A stretch of DNA of 64,000 bases from an uncultured delta proteobacterium (GTDB lineage: Bacteria > Desulfobacterota > SM23-61). The position numbers were made by a program, and so were the translations under genes. The notes beneath the pieces were generated by a model. That model worked only from the letters and a program-made list of their open reading frames with translations. It made no database searches and was not told the DNA's origin. The number at the start of each line of letters is the position of its first letter. The first letter of the stretch is position 1. Positions 61,035 to 64,000 of the stretch are shown here, piece after piece. The DNA lies in contig CAVXFA010000058.1 in the NCBI GenBank assembly GCA_963760605.1, forward strand, positions 14,790 through 78,789, read 5' to 3'.

Positions 61035-61086
61035 CTCCCTAACTGCTGGCGTGTCGGCCACGCCTTGATTTTCCTCCGTGTGGCAG

Positions 61087-61761
61087 CTATTCGTCGCGCT
61101 TCTGCTTCTGGTACTCTTCCGGAGACATATACCCGGCGGGCCTGCTTGCCCAGGCATTGTATACGTTTTGAGTGTAAAGGGCCTTGAGCTCCGCCAATTC
61201 CTCCTGAAGGGCTTTGACTTTCTCCCCAGCGAAGGCAGGATCGCTAGGGAAACGCGCGCGGCCCTGCTCGAATGTCTTGATCGCTTTCTCCATTGACTTC
61301 ACTTCCCACGGTCCCACCCCGACTTTTACGTCTTTTTCTGCATTGAAGCGTTTGGGCAGAAGCGCCCTCTCGCGACAAGCATCGACGAGCTGCTGATAAA
61401 CCTCCATCGGCACCCCTGACTGACCGTTAAGCTCCAGGGCCTTCTCCAGCTCGGTCGTAGCGTTGCCGTATATCTCCTCCAATTTGTTTCGGTTCTTTTC
61501 ACCTTTCGCCTCTCTCATGTATGCTGTCCCCAGAAGGAAGTGAACCCGGGCCGCCTGAGGATTGGCTGCCAGGGCTTCCTGGAGGGCGACTTTCGCCTCC
61601 TTAAGCGAGGCAGCATCGTCCTTGGCCAAAAGGCGCTCGGCCCTCTCAAGTGGTGTTTCCTTCGGTTTCCCGCATCCCAAGAGGACCAGGGCCAAAATCA
61701 GGGCGAGAGAGGTGGCTGTCAAAATCCATTTTCCCTTTCGTGTCAATTCCCCATCTCCCAT
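61087..61761 (-). CDS. TPR-like lipoprotein, copy 1
   Basis: RKGK n-region, lipobox LVLLG-C; the first 49 residues from the Cys are identical to copy 2. Confidence 0.8.
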   Translation of the reverse strand: MGDGELTRKGKWILTATSLALILALVLLGCGKPKETPLERAERLLAKDDAASLKEAKVALQEALAANPQAARVHFLLGTAYMREAKGEKNRNKLEEIYGNATTELEKALELNGQSGVPMEVYQQLVDACRERALLPKRFNAEKDVKVGVGPWEVKSMEKAIKTFEQGRARFPSDPAFAGEKVKALQEELAELKALYTQNVYNAWASRPAGYMSPEEYQKQKRDE

Positions 61762-61798
61762 TCAGCGAGGTCCCATCCCGAGGGGACCCTGGCGCTGT

Positions 61799-61839
61799 AA
61801 TAAAAAGGCCCTTCCACCCGAAACAGGCGGAAGGGCCTT
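61799..61839 (-). terminator. Rho-independent terminator after lactonase-family copy B
   Basis: AAGGCCCTTCC..GGAAGGGCC hairpin followed by TTTTTATT on the minus strand, preceded by a second hairpin GCCTTCCC/GGGAAGGC. Confidence 0.75.
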
Positions 61840-61887
61840 GCAAAGGCCTTCCCCTATTAAGGGAAGGCGCTTAAACAAAAAGCAATA

Positions 61888-62727
61888 TCAATCAACCCGT
61901 ACGACCCCCTCAGCTACCTTGGGGAACATGTCGAAGAAAGCTGGATCGTGGCCGGGAACAAAGGTCGTACCGGTCCCCATGATCTTCTTGATCTTGTCAT
62001 AGGAATCCAGCATCTGCACCAGGTCGTAGCCGAACCCCAGCGGAATCCCCTCTTTCAGGTTCCGGTAGGTGTAGCAGGCGTCGCCAGCAATCGGAATGAC
62101 TCCCTTCCGGGTATTAACAGCCGCGGTCTGGGTGCCGGCGGTGTGCCCTGGGGTTAAATAGAGTGAAATACCCGGGATTACATCGGCGGCATCCCCGTTA
62201 ACAACTTTCACTCTGCCTTCCCAGTTCAGCCGAATCATCGCGAGGACGTCCGCCGGAACGAAACCGGCCATGGTGTGCTTCTTCATGGTAATCTCACCAG
62301 CGGCGAACTCGATCTCCTTCTTCTGTACCCAGAAGGTTGTTGCGGGCAGGTCACTCGTTCCACCCGCATGGTCCCAGTGCATGTGCCCGATAAAGGCGTC
62401 TGAAATCCGATCAGGAGTAGTCCCTACCTTCCGCAGGTTATCGGCGATGCTGGTCCAGGCACCCGCCGGTGCTCCCCACTTCATGCCCAGGGCGACATCG
62501 TTATAGCCGGTATCGAACATCATCTCCTTACCACCGCCCTTAATATAGCAGTACGAGAAGGGAACAGTCATCGTTTTGCCACGGTCAGTAGCAAATAGGA
62601 TAGCATCAGTTGGATAGTTTTCCAGGCGGCTGTACCACATTGAATAGATCTCATACTGTGCAGCCAGAGCAGTCCCGACAAACCCCAGGCACAGCAGCAT
62701 AGCCATTATCGCAATACCTCGCTTCAT
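61888..62727 (-). CDS. Exported N-acyl-homoserine-lactonase-family metallo-hydrolase (AiiA-like), copy B
   Basis: Signal peptide (MKRGIAIMAMLLCLGFVGTALAA), HMHWDH, TPGHT, GDACY, PGHD. Confidence 0.85.
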   Translation of the reverse strand: MKRGIAIMAMLLCLGFVGTALAAQYEIYSMWYSRLENYPTDAILFATDRGKTMTVPFSYCYIKGGGKEMMFDTGYNDVALGMKWGAPAGAWTSIADNLRKVGTTPDRISDAFIGHMHWDHAGGTSDLPATTFWVQKKEIEFAAGEITMKKHTMAGFVPADVLAMIRLNWEGRVKVVNGDAADVIPGISLYLTPGHTAGTQTAAVNTRKGVIPIAGDACYTYRNLKEGIPLGFGYDLVQMLDSYDKIKKIMGTGTTFVPGHDPAFFDMFPKVAEGVVRVD

Positions 62728-62958
62728 AATCTTCCTCCTTTACTTTCGTTGTTTTTTGGAAAACGACACGTCTCAATCCGTTCACGGCTATTACGTTAAT
62801 CGATCGCTCTCACCCCCTTTCATCCTGGTTCCAGCTCACATTTCTCAAGAGGGGGCTTACGATAAATTTGCACGCCCACGATCACAGAAGCCGCCCCGGG
62901 AGCAACAGGAGAATGACCAGTACAGCTAACCCAGGAAACTGCAATCCTCAGATTTCGA

Positions 62959-62987
62959 AATATAATCCATCCAATATTTCTTGTCAA
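62959..62987 (-). promoter_or_regulatory. Sigma-70-type promoter for lactonase-family copy B
   Basis: Minus strand TTGACA (62987-62982), 17 nt spacer, TATATT (62964-62959). Confidence 0.6.
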
Positions 62988-63311
62988 GAACAATTTGAGA
63001 ACAATTTGAGAGTATTCTGAAAGAGGTGGCTATCAACATCGCTAGGTCCTCCACTCGCTAATAAAATCACCTATTTCCCAACGCTTAGCTTTGCCAAGCG
63101 AAAAAAATATTTGCGTGCACCCCACTTTTAAGCGGTCCAGATCTCTAAAAAACTTCAGTCTCATCCCAAAAGCCCTTGGATAAGGCTTGGGGTTTCATCC
63201 ATCCTTCTCAATCCGACTCAGCGCTGGCCAACCGATGTCACTCCCAGGAGGTTGAACAAATCTCCATCTCCCATTCAGCGAGGTCGCATCCCGCAGAGCC
63301 CCTCGTTCTGT

Positions 63312-63352
63312 AATAAAAAGGCCCTTCCACCCGAAACAGGTGAAAGGGCCTT
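63312..63352 (-). terminator. Rho-independent terminator after lactonase-family copy A (duplicate of 61799-61839)
   Basis: Near-identical hairpin plus T-run. Confidence 0.72.
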
Positions 63353-63399
63353 GCAAAGCCTTCCCCGGTTAAGGGAAGGCGCTTAAACAAAAAACAATA

Positions 63400-64000
63400 T
63401 TAATCAACCCGCACGACCCCCTCAGCTACCTTGGGGAACATGTTGAAGAAATCCGGGTCGTGGCCGGGGACAAAGGTCGTGCCGGTTCCCATGAGCTTTT
63501 TGATCTTATCATAGGAATCCAGCATCTGCACCAGGTCGTAGCCAAATCCCAGCGGAATCATCTCTTTCAGGTTCCGGTAGGTGTAGCAGGCGTCGTTCAC
63601 AACCGGAATGATTCCCTTGCGGGTAGTAAAAGTCGCGCTCTGGGTGCCGGCGGTGTGCCCTGGGGTGTAATATAGGCTAACACCCGGGAATACATTGGCG
63701 GCATCCCCGTTAACAACTTTCACCCTGCCTTCCCAGTTCAGCCGTATCATCGCCAGGACGTCTGCCTCAACGAAACCGGCCATGGTGTGCTTCTTCTGGG
63801 TAATCTCACCGGCGGCGAACTCGATCTCCTTTTTCTGTACCCAGAAGGTTGAAGCTGGCAGGTCACCCGTTCCACCAGCATGGTCCCAGTGCATGTGACC
63901 GATAAATACGTCTGAAATCCGATCAGGGGAAGTTCCTATCTTCCGCAGGTTATCGGCAATGCTGGTCCAGGCACCCGACGGTGCCCCCCACTTCATGCCC
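63400..64000 (-). CDS. N-acyl-homoserine-lactonase-family metallo-hydrolase, copy A (5' part outside the window)
   Basis: HMHWDH, TPGHT, NDACY, PGHD; about 24 differences from copy B over 198 aa by manual comparison. Confidence 0.85.
   Translation of the reverse strand, partial: GMKWGAPSGAWTSIADNLRKIGTSPDRISDVFIGHMHWDHAGGTGDLPASTFWVQKKEIEFAAGEITQKKHTMAGFVEADVLAMIRLNWEGRVKVVNGDAANVFPGVSLYYTPGHTAGTQSATFTTRKGIIPVVNDACYTYRNLKEMIPLGFGYDLVQMLDSYDKIKKLMGTGTTFVPGHDPDFFNMFPKVAEGVVRVD

Overview
A 64-kb, mid-GC chromosomal window from an anaerobic bacterium. The gene content (sigma-54 regulators, HD-GYP/HEAT pair, tungsten-type AOR, TRAP and Liv transporters) suggests a Deltaproteobacteria/Desulfobacterota-like organism; this is inference. 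Five blocks: (1) 1-7.2 kb, a minus-strand signalling locus. It runs: atypical FabF-like ketosynthase (second catalytic His replaced by Asp), an unannotated decayed B12-binding radical SAM gene, a membrane/GAF histidine kinase, a degenerate receiver-AAA-kinase fusion, and an NtrC-type regulator. (2) 7.5-33.5 kb, mostly housekeeping genes: suhB, mshA-like GT4, site-2 protease, cvpA, HD-GYP/HEAT, tRNA-Arg(CCG), PflX-like radical SAM, Schlafen/AlbA-RecG_C protein, tatD, pcm, apgM, rlmI-like, SpoIID-MurU-AmgK-like recycling trio, molybdopterin oxidoreductase. (3) 33.5-52.9 kb, a 19-kb co-oriented catabolic island: acetoin-dehydrogenase-like E1a/E1b/E2, SDRs, VOC protein, TRAP, AOR, Fe-ADH, Liv-type ABC, Zn-ADH. 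(4) 53.6-61.8 kb, an export/metal module: two TPR lipoproteins, a hairpin-less MFP, an RND pump, a periplasmic-domain-RcnA-like fusion, and no outer-membrane factor. (5) 61.9-64 kb, tandem N-acyl-homoserine-lactonase-family paralogues, the complete one with a signal peptide. At least 13 single-base indels split otherwise intact genes, mostly at homopolymers, so assembly error is likely. Several families of intergenic palindromic/MITE-like elements are present. No CRISPR array, rRNA, integrase or intact transposase was seen.
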